From NCBI GenBank assembly GCA_012518735.1, contig JAAYRO010000060.1:23312-87311 (forward strand): a stretch of 64,000 nucleotides of DNA, written 5' to 3'. Under the pieces are notes generated by a model, which saw only the letters and a program-made list of their open reading frames with translations, was not told the DNA's origin and ran no database searches. Positions within the stretch are counted from its first letter, which is position 1, and every line of letters starts with the position of its first letter. Of this stretch, positions 8,475 through 18,212 are shown piece after piece. Position numbers and translations under genes: made by a program. The stretch comes from Bacillota bacterium (GTDB lineage: Bacteria; Bacillota; Limnochordia; Darwinibacteriales; Darwinibacteriaceae).

Positions 8475-10025
8475 CTATTTTGCATACTCTACAGCTCGAG
8501 TTTCTCTAATCACAGTGACTTTGATCTGACCTGGATATTCAAGTTCAGCCTCAATTCGCTTAACAATATCTCGACTAAGCTGCACTGCTAATGCATCATC
8601 AATCTTATCAGGCTTAACCATAATTCTTACTTCGCGACCCGCTTGAATCGCATACGACTTCTCAACGCCTTCAAAAGAACTGGCAATCTCCTCTAGTTTT
8701 TGTAGACGTTTAATATAACTCTCTAAGGTCTCACGTCGAGCTCCTGGACGTGCAGCCGAAATGGAATCAGCTGCGGCAACCAGTACTGCTTCTACACTAT
8801 GCGGTTCGTAATCACCGTGATGACAAGCCACTGCGTGAATGACCTCTTCATTTTCCTTATATCTTCTAAGCTGGTCTATTCCAATTTCAATATGAGTTCC
8901 TTCGATCTCATGATCCACAGCCTTGCCAATATCATGCAGTAACCCTGCTCTGCGTGCTAACCGAGCATCTACACCAAGTTCAGCAGCCATAATTCCTGCC
9001 AAATGGGCAACTTCGATAGAGTGTCGCAATACATTCTGGCCATAACTGGTCCGGAAACGTAGTCTTCCCAACAACTTAATAAGTTCTGGGTGAAGGCCGT
9101 GAACATTCGTTTCAAATGTTGCCTGCTCACCTGCATCTCGGATTACGCCATCAACTTCTTTTCTTGCTTTTTCTACCATTTCCTCAATGCGGGCCGGATG
9201 GATGCGTCCATCAGCAATCAATTTCTCCAGAGCAATACGGGCGATCTCTCGGCGAACCGGGTCGAAACCAGAAAGAATTACTGCTTCAGGCGTATCGTCA
9301 ATAATCAGATCGATTCCTGTTAATGTCTCTAAGGCTCGAATATTCCGCCCTTCTCTTCCAATAATACGGCCTTTCATGTCGTCGTTTGGTAGAGTGACAA
9401 CAGATACTGTTGACTCAGCAACATGATCAGCAGCAGTTCTTTGAACTGCCAAAGAAATGATATCTCGGGCTCGTTTTTCCGCCTCGTCCCGTGCCTGGGC
9501 TTCTATGTCACGAATCATAATCGCTGTTTCATGTTTGATTTCACCCTCAACAGTCTTGAGGATATATTCGCGAGCTTCTTCAGTGGTCATTTGGGCAAGA
9601 CGTTCTAATTCGGACCGCTGTTTCTCTAAAATAGTACTCACTTCAGCTTGAAGCTGCTCCGTCTCACGAGTTTTTCGTTGAAGCGACTCTTCTTTACGCT
9701 CAAGTGACTCACTTTTCCTATCGAGAGTCTCTTCCCTCTGAATGACCCGTCGTTCTAGCTGTTGAAGTTCGGAACGCCGTTCTCGGGCTTCCCGATCCAA
9801 TTCACTGCGCAGTTTGTGAATTTCCTCACGTGCTTCCACAAGCGCTTCTCGCTTCTGGGATTCAGCTTCTCGTTCAGCATCTTGTACAATACGAGCTGCT
9901 TCATCTTCAGCGGACTTGATAGTAGCTTCTGCAAACACCTTACGCACAATGTAGCCAGCTATACCCGCGATTACAGCAATCACTAAATACTTTAATATTG
10001 CAGCAAAAAGTTGAATATTATTCAC
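8475..10025 (-). CDS. rny: Ribonuclease Y
   Basis: 516 aa. N-terminal TM helix, coiled-coil region, KH domain and HD domain (HDIGK). Confidence 0.9.
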   Translation of the reverse strand: MNNIQLFAAILKYLVIAVIAGIAGYIVRKVFAEATIKSAEDEAARIVQDAEREAESQKREALVEAREEIHKLRSELDREARERRSELQQLERRVIQREETLDRKSESLERKEESLQRKTRETEQLQAEVSTILEKQRSELERLAQMTTEEAREYILKTVEGEIKHETAIMIRDIEAQARDEAEKRARDIISLAVQRTAADHVAESTVSVVTLPNDDMKGRIIGREGRNIRALETLTGIDLIIDDTPEAVILSGFDPVRREIARIALEKLIADGRIHPARIEEMVEKARKEVDGVIRDAGEQATFETNVHGLHPELIKLLGRLRFRTSYGQNVLRHSIEVAHLAGIMAAELGVDARLARRAGLLHDIGKAVDHEIEGTHIEIGIDQLRRYKENEEVIHAVACHHGDYEPHSVEAVLVAAADSISAARPGARRETLESYIKRLQKLEEIASSFEGVEKSYAIQAGREVRIMVKPDKIDDALAVQLSRDIVKRIEAELEYPGQIKVTVIRETRAVEYAK

Positions 10026-10042
10026 CTCCTATTTCCCTACTA

Positions 10043-10070
10043 TGAAAAGAAAGCCGAGTAAACCACTCGG
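10043..10070 (-). terminator. Rho-independent terminator downstream of recX
   Basis: gccgagt-aaacc-actcggc hairpin, followed by a T-rich run on the minus strand. Confidence 0.5.
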
Positions 10071-10161
10071 CCCTATTTCGTTCTTTCAGACCAATTTCCA
10101 TTAACAACAACGTATTCGTTTCCGGTTTTTCCTGGTCGTCTTTTCCCGATGACAACCTTTC

Positions 10162-10665
10162 TTAATTGTAATCTTTTTGGAGATCGGTGTCAAGTGTTTC
10201 ACTTACCACCTTTTGAGCGATCTGCCATGGGAAACCCCGTCTCTGCAGGAGACTGAACAAGCGCCTCATTTGCTTAGACAAATCGAGTCCTTTCATAGAT
10301 TCTGCCCGTCCTTCTGCCAGACGAAGTGCTAGCTCAAATTCTGTATTCTCCGAGTTGAGTACCTCATCAATAATGGAGTCGTCCACCCCTTTGCCTCGAA
10401 GCTCTATTCGCAGCAGAAAGTTGCCGGTGGGTCGAAAACGATTCCGGTACTCTACGTAATTCTGGGCAAATTGACGATCATTAATGTAACCGATCTCCTT
10501 CAAGTAGCTTACTACTTCAGCCACATCCTCTTTCCGATACTTCTTTTCTAATCTCGTCTGCAGCTCATGAGCAGTTCGATCCCTAATCGTTAATAGGCGA
10601 AAAGCCTCTGACTTCAACTTATTTTTTGTCTTTTCCTGGTTTTCCGTCTGTTTCATCTGCCTCAT
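10162..10665 (-). CDS. recX: Recombination regulator RecX
   Basis: 167 aa with RecX-like repeats and the conserved recA-recX arrangement. The annotated ATG overlaps the recA 3' end by 47 nt. An in-frame TTG just after the recA stop is an alternative start. Confidence 0.8.
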   Translation of the reverse strand: MRQMKQTENQEKTKNKLKSEAFRLLTIRDRTAHELQTRLEKKYRKEDVAEVVSYLKEIGYINDRQFAQNYVEYRNRFRPTGNFLLRIELRGKGVDDSIIDEVLNSENTEFELALRLAEGRAESMKGLDLSKQMRRLFSLLQRRGFPWQIAQKVVSETLDTDLQKDYN

Positions 10666-11656
10666 CCTTGATTAATCCTGCAGCCTTCCTCACTTTTAGT
10701 TCAAGCTCATCAGTTAACTCTGGGTGCTCTCTAAGGAAGGTTTTCGCATTTTCTCTTCCTTGTCCAAGTCTAATATCTTGATACGAATACCATGCACCAC
10801 TTTTATCAACTATTTCAAGATCAGCGGCCATATCTAGAATATCACCATGTTTGGAGATACCTTCACCGTACATGATGTCAAACTCAGCCTCTTTAAAAGG
10901 AGGTGCCACTTTGTTTTTCAAAACTCGCACCCTAGTTCTGTTCCCAATCATTTCAGTACCTTGTTTGAGTGTTTCGATACGGCGAATATCTAGACGGACA
11001 GAAGCATAAAACTTCAAAGCACGCCCACCCGGTGTTACTTCAGGATTTCCAAACATAACTCCGACTTTTTCACGCAGTTGATTGGTGAAAATCACCGTGC
11101 TGTTTGACTTGCTGATAGCACCGGTTAGCTTACGCAGTGCCTGTGACATTAAACGGGCCTGAAGTCCAACATGGGAATCACCCATTTCCCCTTCAATTTC
11201 TGCCCGGGGAACTAGAGCTGCTACAGAGTCAATGACCACAACATCAACAGCTCCACTTCTTACAAGGTGTTCTGCAATTTCCAACGCCTGCTCCCCATGA
11301 TCAGGCTGGGAAATGAGCAGATTGTCAATATCGACCCCTAATTTTCGCGCGTACACTGGATCAAGTGCGTGCTCCGCGTCGATCATGGCCGCAATTCCAC
11401 CTCTTTTTTGGGATTCGGCCATAATGTGAAGTGTTAAGGTGGTTTTACCAGATGATTCTGGACCATAGATCTCAATGATTCGACCCTTCGGTATACCGCC
11501 CACACCTAAGGCCACATCTAAAGCTAGAGAACCTGTTGGAATAGCTTCTATATTAAGTTTGCTGCCTCTTTCTCCCAGCTTCATTATGGAACCTTTCCCA
11601 AACTGCTTCTCAATTTGTAAAATAGCCGTTTCCAAGGCTTTCTCCTTATCAGACAT
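10619..11656 (-). CDS. recA: Recombinase RecA
   Basis: 345 aa. Walker [10 protein letters not shown] and a canonical RecA sequence throughout. Confidence 0.95.
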   Translation of the reverse strand: MSDKEKALETAILQIEKQFGKGSIMKLGERGSKLNIEAIPTGSLALDVALGVGGIPKGRIIEIYGPESSGKTTLTLHIMAESQKRGGIAAMIDAEHALDPVYARKLGVDIDNLLISQPDHGEQALEIAEHLVRSGAVDVVVIDSVAALVPRAEIEGEMGDSHVGLQARLMSQALRKLTGAISKSNSTVIFTNQLREKVGVMFGNPEVTPGGRALKFYASVRLDIRRIETLKQGTEMIGNRTRVRVLKNKVAPPFKEAEFDIMYGEGISKHGDILDMAADLEIVDKSGAWYSYQDIRLGQGRENAKTFLREHPELTDELELKVRKAAGLIKDEADETDGKPGKDKK

Positions 11657-11682
11657 TTACTCAGCCACTCCTCTCCATTCTA

Positions 11683-11696
11683 GAAACGTGTGTTCG
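11683..11696 (-). promoter_or_regulatory. Putative LexA (Cheo/DinR-type) box upstream of recA
   Basis: Minus-strand CGAACACACGTTTC. The GAAC-N4-GTTT half-sites are one mismatch from the Gram-positive consensus CGAAC-N4-GTTCG. It lies 27 nt upstream of the recA ATG, beside a TAGAAT -10-like element. Confidence 0.45.
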
Positions 11697-11713
11697 ATCT
11701 TAATCTACAGAAA

Positions 11714-11781
11714 AGGGGAAACCCGCTGAAGCATATTCCAGCAACACCTCTAGAATATGCTTCGCGACAGCGATTTCCCCC
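11714..11781 (-). terminator. Long stem-loop (terminator or attenuator) between metallophosphoesterase gene and recA
   Basis: Perfect 11-bp inner stem gaagcatattc / gaatatgcttc, with an imperfect outer stem ggggaaacccgct / agcgatttcccc. A T-rich tract follows on the minus strand. Confidence 0.4.
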
Positions 11782-11808
11782 TGGAAAACAGACCTCCTAA
11801 TGGTGTGA

Positions 11809-13260
11809 CTACCATAAGATATCGTCTACTATTTCGACATCGTCAACTTGATTCCTTCCATAGTCTATAAATGTTCTCTGTAAAGAGAAGCTGGCTCCTA
11901 ATCCAGTTACATGGACTCCGTCCACTGCAACTAAAGACAGGTTCTCTGCGTCGTCATAACTAAAGTAAAGCAGTGACAAACTGTATGGCAGTGGTTCGGC
12001 ACTCTGAAAGCCTCGTATGCCAGCTGCCCCTGTAGTACCAGCATTAATATAGACGGTCCCGTCAATCTGCTCCTGCTCTAAAACATGATTGTGACCATAG
12101 ACTACCACAGAAAATAACCCAGGGTTAATCTTCCGTGCTACTCTGTGGTTGTGGACCATGAATATGTCTGGGCGGCTCTCAATGTCTTTCCAGTATTCGT
12201 TAATTGCAGCAGCAACTGCTTCTAGCTCTGATAAAGGGGCTGATGCAGGAGAGTGACTAGCGGCTGCCTTATCGCCAATACCGACAATTCGCAAACCATT
12301 CAGAACCACCTCACCCTGTTCAACCAACACAACATTTTGAATCTCCTCCAATCGCTCCAAAACCTGAGGAGATTCGTGATTTCCTGATGTAAAAACATAA
12401 GGTACATCAATTTCTGAAATCCGTTTACAAATCTCTGCTTCGAGTGCAGTACCCCAGTCAGTCAAGTCTCCTGTATCCAGTACAAAATTGACAGGAAAAC
12501 TTCGTATAACCTGACAGGCAAAATCATATGCCACAGGATTATTATGAATATCGGACACATGCAATACTACGACATCAGCTTCAACTAACCCAACTGGACC
12601 TAAGCCCTCTAATTGATTAAACACAGAGTACAGATTGCGGGCTGCAGCTTGGATCCGTTCACCCAGTTCCTCTACACGGCCCAGGCTTTCCTGAACTACA
12701 TTAAGCATCCAAGGAGCGGCCTCAATAATCCCTTCATATTCTGGTCGTTCAAAGGCTCTTACGTTATATGTAAAATAAGTTGCACCAACGAAGAACACCA
12801 CAACTAAAGCTCCAGTTAAGCCCTGTAATGCAAGCTTTCCAGAGTTCCGCTGCCCCAAAACGAACAGCCCACCAACAGCACCCATATATCCTAAGATAAT
12901 CAAGCGAGAGATATAAAAAAGCAAAACCTTTCTCCCTTGTCCTTGAACCACTGTCAGCACCGATTGGAGTCCTTCAGGTGAGGAAAAAACCACTTTCCGC
13001 AGCACACTTAAATCTATGTTCTTCAGAGTAACCCTGATCTCGATGGGCAAGAAATGAGTTTTTGCGCTTATTTTGCCAATAGGCGGTAAGATAAAATGGG
13101 TCCCACCTGAATAGCCTAGTTTTACATCGAACCCAATAAGCAGAGAAAAAACATTATAGTCAGCTGGTGAAAATAGGTTCACAAATAGTATTGTGCCTAA
13201 TATAACAAAAAGGGCCGGTAAATACTTTTGCCGGCCTGTGATTCTCCCTTCTTTTCCCAT
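11809..13260 (-). CDS. Membrane-anchored calcineurin-like metallophosphoesterase
   Basis: 483 aa. The N-terminal roughly 170 aa hold several TM segments. The C-terminal domain has GDxxDWG and GNHE phosphoesterase motifs. Located between cinA and recA. Confidence 0.7.
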   Translation of the reverse strand: MGKEGRITGRQKYLPALFVILGTILFVNLFSPADYNVFSLLIGFDVKLGYSGGTHFILPPIGKISAKTHFLPIEIRVTLKNIDLSVLRKVVFSSPEGLQSVLTVVQGQGRKVLLFYISRLIILGYMGAVGGLFVLGQRNSGKLALQGLTGALVVVFFVGATYFTYNVRAFERPEYEGIIEAAPWMLNVVQESLGRVEELGERIQAAARNLYSVFNQLEGLGPVGLVEADVVVLHVSDIHNNPVAYDFACQVIRSFPVNFVLDTGDLTDWGTALEAEICKRISEIDVPYVFTSGNHESPQVLERLEEIQNVVLVEQGEVVLNGLRIVGIGDKAAASHSPASAPLSELEAVAAAINEYWKDIESRPDIFMVHNHRVARKINPGLFSVVVYGHNHVLEQEQIDGTVYINAGTTGAAGIRGFQSAEPLPYSLSLLYFSYDDAENLSLVAVDGVHVTGLGASFSLQRTFIDYGRNQVDDVEIVDDILW

Positions 13261-13279
13261 AGCTGTCCTCCTGATAGTA

Positions 13280-14527
13280 TCACTGCCGCCTACTTGCTAG
13301 CCAAAGCATTCTTAGAGCGGCTTGGGAAGCGCGCAGCTTAATCTGCTCGCGGGTCCCAACGAATTGGTGTTTTTCGGTTTTAGTATTACCATCCATCGCT
13401 AGGCTGATGTATACAAGCCCAACAGGTTTCTCTGGAGTCCCTCCACCTGGACCTGCAATGCCTGTGACAGCTAGCCCATAATCGGTTCCTGACACTCGGC
13501 GTACACCCTCAGACATTTCCTGGGCAGTCTCTGCACTTACGGCACCAAACTGACGCAAAGTGGCTTCCTTCACCCCAATGCAGTCCATTTTAGCCTGATT
13601 GCTGTACACCACATATCCCCGCATGAGATAATCGGAACTTCCAGGTACATTCGTTAAACGGTGACCGATTAACCCACCGGTACAGGATTCGGCTAGAGCA
13701 ACAGTCGAACCTTGTTCCGAGAGCTGTCTTCCAACAACCTCCTCCAGTGTTTCCTCGTCCAATCCGTACATAAAGTCTACGGTCCGCTGGGCAATTTGCT
13801 CTTCAACAGGATCAATCAAAGCCTGCCCTGCCTCTAAAGAATCAGCCTTTGCAGTCAAGCGAATCCGGACCTGACCTTGTGACGCATAAAGGGCCACTGT
13901 AGGATTGGTTTGGTTCGCCACCACATCGTAGACCAATTCCTCTAAATGAGACTCACCAATTCCAACGAAATTAAGATTTCTTGTGACGAGCTTGTGAGAT
14001 CCATTCCTGCCCTGAAGATATGGTATGACGGTTTCGTTAAACATGGCTTCTAACTCGGCAGGAACACCTGGCAGCCCTATCACTACTTTGGCATTTACTT
14101 CCAAGATGAATCCTGGTGCTGTACCTCGTTTATTGGGTATGATCTGAGCTCCTTTTGGAAACAAGGCCTGCTTTCGGTTGTTCAACGGTATCTCAACACG
14201 GGAACCATAGCGAAACCTAAACCAAGACTCTAACTCCTGTACCACTTGGGGATTCTCCTCTAGTGGACAGTTAGCAGCTGCAGCCACTGCTTCCCGAGTT
14301 AAGTCATCATCAGTGGGACCCATTCCTCCACTGATAATTACAATATCTGAACGTCCTAAAGCTTGAGATATTACCTCAATAATGCGCAGCCAGTTATCTC
14401 CTACTGTTGACTTCCGGTATAAATTCACTCCACACTGGGCCAAGCCCCGTCCTAAAAAGGAAGCGTTCGTGTCCACTACTTCACCTAACAACAACTCTGT
14501 ACCAATCATTACTAACTCTGCCTGCAT
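13280..14527 (-). CDS. cinA: Competence/damage-inducible protein CinA (MoeA-like plus CinA C-terminal nicotinamide-nucleotide amidohydrolase domain)
   Basis: Roughly 415 aa. N-terminal MIGTELLLGEVVDTN... and C-terminal CinA domain. Conserved cinA-recA neighbourhood. Confidence 0.85.
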   Translation of the reverse strand: MQAELVMIGTELLLGEVVDTNASFLGRGLAQCGVNLYRKSTVGDNWLRIIEVISQALGRSDIVIISGGMGPTDDDLTREAVAAAANCPLEENPQVVQELESWFRFRYGSRVEIPLNNRKQALFPKGAQIIPNKRGTAPGFILEVNAKVVIGLPGVPAELEAMFNETVIPYLQGRNGSHKLVTRNLNFVGIGESHLEELVYDVVANQTNPTVALYASQGQVRIRLTAKADSLEAGQALIDPVEEQIAQRTVDFMYGLDEETLEEVVGRQLSEQGSTVALAESCTGGLIGHRLTNVPGSSDYLMRGYVVYSNQAKMDCIGVKEATLRQFGAVSAETAQEMSEGVRRVSGTDYGLAVTGIAGPGGGTPEKPVGLVYISLAMDGNTKTEKHQFVGTREQIKLRASQAALRMLWLASRRQ

Positions 14528-14575
14528 ATTCATTCTCACCCCAAATTATGCTGTCTGAAATTTCTCCTTATTCCC

Positions 14576-14604
14576 TTTATTTATCTCAAAAAATGTGGTA
14601 TATT
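14576..14604 (+). promoter_or_regulatory. Candidate sigma-A promoter with extended -10 (TGgTATATT) for lipoprotein gene
   Basis: tg-g-tatatt at 14596-14604 with a weak -35 (tttatt) 17 nt upstream. Lies in the divergent cinA/lipoprotein intergenic region. Confidence 0.35.
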
Positions 14605-14645
14605 AAAACTGCGCCCAAGGACAAGAGGAGGACGTTTGTTTGTTT

Positions 14646-15653
14646 ATGAAACGAATACCGACTTTCCCCCGCCGCGTTATCTGCGTGTTGATAGGGTGTA
14701 TGTTCCTACTAGCTGCCTGTACCCCATTTGTACATTCCCCAGTGGATGGGCAGGGTACTATCTCTATTATGGGAAGTCTCCAAACCCCATCTGCAGTAGA
14801 GCTGGTGGAAGCTCGTCTCATCGTTACTCGTGGTAAACATACATTCGAAGAAACGGTGCCCATTCATAATGACCAATTCGCCGCCACACTAAATATTCCT
14901 ATTGGAACTTGGGATCTAACCGTGCTTCTTATTGATGAAGAAGGAATCGTCCGATTTCAAAACTCGAACCAATCAATCGAAGTCCAACCCCACAAACCCA
15001 GCACAATCGAACTATCTATGGGACCTGCCGACTGTCTGGTCACTATAGAAATCCAACTAGAAAACTATGCTTTCAAGAAGGTAACTAATCGAGCCCGAGT
15101 CTTTTTTGATGACACGATGTACGAACTAATACGCGAAGACTTCACCGAACCTTTAGTGGGCGAGTTTAAGATTTCTCCTGGCAGTTATGATTTCAAAGTA
15201 GAGCTCTATACCGAATCCTTCCGAATAGGCGACCGTATCGCTCCAGGAATATGGGAACTATTAGAGATACCGATTGCTCAAGAACTCCATCTTACCTGGA
15301 ATCCCTTGACCGAAATCATAAAGGTCACAGGTACTGTTCACATTCCAGCATCAGCCCCAACAAATGTAACTGTACAGCAAACACTTAGTCGTATCACCAT
15401 CTCATGGGAACCTCCGCAGGATCCTTATGTAACTGGATACTTTGTCTTCGTTCAGACAAACCCTTTAGAGAGGTTCAAGCTAATAAATCCAACGCCCGTT
15501 ACAGAGCCGACTCTAACTCATTTCATCGAAGAACTTGAACTAGAGGCATCTATCAGTGAGGTTCGCTATACCGTTGCAGCTGTAAGCTCCAATGGGAATG
15601 TGGGCTTTCGTTCGGAAGAGATTGTCTTACAGCTTGAGACAGTGCCGAAGTAA
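14646..15653 (+). CDS. Lipoprotein with C-terminal fibronectin type III-like domain, function unknown
   Basis: Signal peptide MKRIPTFPRRVICVLIGCMFLLAAC with a lipobox. C-terminal region (PTNVTVQQTLSRITISWEPPQDPYVTGYFVF) is FN3-like. RBS aagaggagg upstream. TTG at 14640 is an alternative start. Confidence 0.55.
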   Translation: MKRIPTFPRRVICVLIGCMFLLAACTPFVHSPVDGQGTISIMGSLQTPSAVELVEARLIVTRGKHTFEETVPIHNDQFAATLNIPIGTWDLTVLLIDEEGIVRFQNSNQSIEVQPHKPSTIELSMGPADCLVTIEIQLENYAFKKVTNRARVFFDDTMYELIREDFTEPLVGEFKISPGSYDFKVELYTESFRIGDRIAPGIWELLEIPIAQELHLTWNPLTEIIKVTGTVHIPASAPTNVTVQQTLSRITISWEPPQDPYVTGYFVFVQTNPLERFKLINPTPVTEPTLTHFIEELELEASISEVRYTVAAVSSNGNVGFRSEEIVLQLETVPK

Positions 15654-15660
15654 CCTATAA

Positions 15661-15694
15661 GAAAGCACAGGAGCAGATTGTCTCCTGTGCTTTT
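15661..15694. terminator. Bidirectional rho-independent terminator between convergent genes
   Basis: gcacaggag-cagattg-ctcctgtgc perfect hairpin flanked by an A-run and a T-run. Confidence 0.55.
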
Positions 15695-16118
15695 ACGCTA
15701 GACGCCAAACGGCAATCACTATTCCCAACAGGGCCCCCATTAGAACCTCAAATGGAGTGTGACCCAGCAATTCCCTAAGCCGTTCAGGATGTAATTCGCG
15801 TATTCTCAAGTCTTCAATGATGGCATTCAACACTTTAGCCTGTTTACCAGCAGCCCTACGCACACCAGCAGCATCGTACATAACAATGAGGGCAAACGCA
15901 GCTGACAAGGCGAACAAGGTGGAATGAAACCCTTCCGTCAATCCAATCCCTGTTCCCAATGAGGTGACAAAAGCACTGTGAGAGCTGGGCATTCCCCCTG
16001 GTTCTACAAGCCGCTTAAAGTTGAGCTCACCAGCAGCAAACCACCACGTTACAATCTTCAGGAGTTGTGCAATGGCCCAAGCAATAATACAGGTGATAAG
16101 CACACTATTTTGCTGCAT
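15693..16118 (-). CDS. Divergent PAP2 family membrane protein (DUF212, YuiD-like)
   Basis: 141 aa. PSSHSA and AAGxRR motifs characteristic of DUF212 acid-phosphatase/haloperoxidase-related proteins. Confidence 0.6.
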   Translation of the reverse strand: MQQNSVLITCIIAWAIAQLLKIVTWWFAAGELNFKRLVEPGGMPSSHSAFVTSLGTGIGLTEGFHSTLFALSAAFALIVMYDAAGVRRAAGKQAKVLNAIIEDLRIRELHPERLRELLGHTPFEVLMGALLGIVIAVWRLA

Positions 16119-16207
16119 TTGCTGAACAATGGATTTAGAGTAAATCGTCTGTCAACACCTTTCATGGAAACCAAACTTAGGAATATGATGATTAAGGAGG
16201 GATGATT

Positions 16208-16654
16208 ATGCCGCACATACTTCCCTTGTTAATTATATTCCTAATTGGCATCATAACCAAGAATAATTTACTCGCAGCCGCGGGAGCCATTGTCATATTT
16301 ATGGACATAATGAGGCTCCATCGCTTCTTCCCTATGCTGGAAAGGCGCGGGATCGAAGGTGGATTACTGCTTCTGACAGTTTCACTATTAGTCCCTTTTG
16401 CCACCGGTAAAGTAAACGTAAACGCCGTAATTAAAGCTGTCATCAGTCCAGTGGGACTATTCGCCGTCATCGGTGGTCTGCTAGGAGCTTATCTCAACAG
16501 CCAAGGTATAGACCTTGTGGCAGTACAGCCTGAAATCATCCCTGGAATTCTCATTGGTGTCATTATCAGCGTATCTTTCTTCAACGGTGTTTCTGTAGGT
16601 CCTGTAATGGCCGCTGGTATCACAGCACTGCTTGTCCGTATCTTCCTTCGCTGA
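16208..16654 (+). CDS. DUF441/UPF0756 family membrane protein
   Basis: 148 aa polytopic membrane protein. RBS aggagg 7 nt upstream of the second ATG; the track ORF starts 2 codons earlier. Confidence 0.55.
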   Translation: MPHILPLLIIFLIGIITKNNLLAAAGAIVIFMDIMRLHRFFPMLERRGIEGGLLLLTVSLLVPFATGKVNVNAVIKAVISPVGLFAVIGGLLGAYLNSQGIDLVAVQPEIIPGILIGVIISVSFFNGVSVGPVMAAGITALLVRIFLR

Positions 16655-16683
16655 TCTTCAGCACTTGCTGATCTTCAGCACTT
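16650..16683. repeat. Perfect 17-bp tandem direct duplication (gctgatcttcagcactt x2) spanning the stop codon of the DUF441 gene
   Basis: Read directly from the sequence: 16650-16666 is identical to 16667-16683. Confidence 0.9.
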
Positions 16684-16712
16684 ATTATACCAGTTCAGCA
16701 GTTAGGGCACAA

Positions 16713-18212
16713 CTAAGACGCTTTCTCTGTTAGAACCGAACGAAACTCTGAACCATCCATGCTTTCATTACGAAGAAGACGTTCAGTTAAGTGTTCTAGC
16801 TTTGTTTTGCATTGTGCAAGATACTCCTTCACCACATCTTCCTGCTCGCGAATAATGGTGGTGACTGTCTCGTGCAGCAGTTCTTGAGGTATATCTTTAC
16901 CTACAATCCCCAATGGCGACAATCCTGCAAACACCATTTTCTTGGCCAAATCGGTCGCTTGTTCAATGTCACCAACAGCTCCTGTCGATCTCTGTCCCAG
17001 AATTAGTTCCTCGCTCACTGCTCCGGCTACACAAACCTGAATGGCGTGCACCAACTGATCTTTCGTATACAAATACTGATCATTCAGGGGATTCTGCCGA
17101 ATATAGCCTAGAGCATTGCTGCGGGAAGTTATAGTAATAGACGCAACAGAACCGGGACGAACCTTTTCGCTGACCAAGGCATGTCCTACCTCGTGAAAGG
17201 CAACTCTTTCTTTCTCTTCTGGTTGGGGACTTCGGTCTAGTTTTTCACCTAACATGACTTTTTCTATGGCTTCCCGCATATCAACAGGCTCAATAACTGA
17301 ACGATCGGCCCGTAGAGCGTGAATTGCTGCCTCATTAAGGACACTTTCTAAATGGGCTCCAGAAAATCCGTAGGTTTCTTGAGCAATCATATCTAAATCG
17401 ATATTACTCGATAGAGGACGACCCTTGCTGTGAATTTCAAGTATCTTGCGGCGTCCTTCCTTATCTGGTAGATCAACTCGAACAACCCGATCGAATCTTC
17501 CGGGACGGAGCAGGGCTGGATCTAATAAATCGCTTCTATTAGTCGCACCCACTACTAACACTTGAACATGGTGTTCACTGTTAACTCCATCAAATTGGGT
17601 AAGTAATTCGTTAAGAGTCTGGTCATACTCCATATGACCGTGATTCTTACCCCGTTTTGCACCAAGAACGTCAATCTCATCAATGAATATAATTGCACTA
17701 CGCTTGCCTGCTTGCTCTGCTAGATTGCGGGCCTGTTTAAACAGCTGCCTTACCCGCTGTGCCCCCACCCCTGCATACATCTGAACAAACTGGGAGCCTG
17801 ATGCTGCAACAAAAACAGATCCTGTATAGTTTGCTGCCGCTTTAGCCATTAGAGTCTTCCCTGTGCCTGGCGGTCCTGACAATAGGACCCCTTTAATCGG
17901 TCGAATGCCCAGCATCTTAGCCTTCTCATCTGCCCTTAGAAAAGTGAGTGCCTCTTGAAACTCTCGCTTAGCAATGTCCTGTCCACCAATATCATCAAAT
18001 GTTACTAATGGAATTCCTCCACTATCAACATTATTGGCCCCAACAACTTCAAAACTACGACCGAATGGCAGCCTGCGGGAGAGAATCATCAATCCTAGAC
18101 CAATAAGACTCATGATAAACACAAGGGATGTAATATCAACTCCCATTAACAGACACAATACTACAACAGCTGCTCCACTACCTACTGCAATTTCCCTAAT
18201 CCATTTCTTCAT
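16713..18212 (-). CDS. Short FtsH-like membrane-anchored AAA+ zinc metalloprotease (no periplasmic domain)
   Basis: 499 aa. N-terminal TM segment(s). Walker A GPPGTGKT, Walker B IIFIDEIDV, second region of homology TNRSDLLDPALLRPGRFD, and zinc-binding HEVGHAL. Confidence 0.75.
   Translation of the reverse strand: MKKWIREIAVGSGAAVVVLCLLMGVDITSLVFIMSLIGLGLMILSRRLPFGRSFEVVGANNVDSGGIPLVTFDDIGGQDIAKREFQEALTFLRADEKAKMLGIRPIKGVLLSGPPGTGKTLMAKAAANYTGSVFVAASGSQFVQMYAGVGAQRVRQLFKQARNLAEQAGKRSAIIFIDEIDVLGAKRGKNHGHMEYDQTLNELLTQFDGVNSEHHVQVLVVGATNRSDLLDPALLRPGRFDRVVRVDLPDKEGRRKILEIHSKGRPLSSNIDLDMIAQETYGFSGAHLESVLNEAAIHALRADRSVIEPVDMREAIEKVMLGEKLDRSPQPEEKERVAFHEVGHALVSEKVRPGSVASITITSRSNALGYIRQNPLNDQYLYTKDQLVHAIQVCVAGAVSEELILGQRSTGAVGDIEQATDLAKKMVFAGLSPLGIVGKDIPQELLHETVTTIIREQEDVVKEYLAQCKTKLEHLTERLLRNESMDGSEFRSVLTEKAS

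Noticed and set aside
9090-9986. Cluster of plus-strand ORFs (60-80 aa) antisense to rny
   Set aside because: They lie entirely inside the strongly supported minus-strand RNase Y CDS. They have no RBS and no conserved motifs, and look like typical antisense spurious ORFs.
16650-16683. Tandem 17-bp repeat considered as a CRISPR or minisatellite seed
   Set aside because: There are only two copies, no spacers, and no further repeats nearby or elsewhere in the window.
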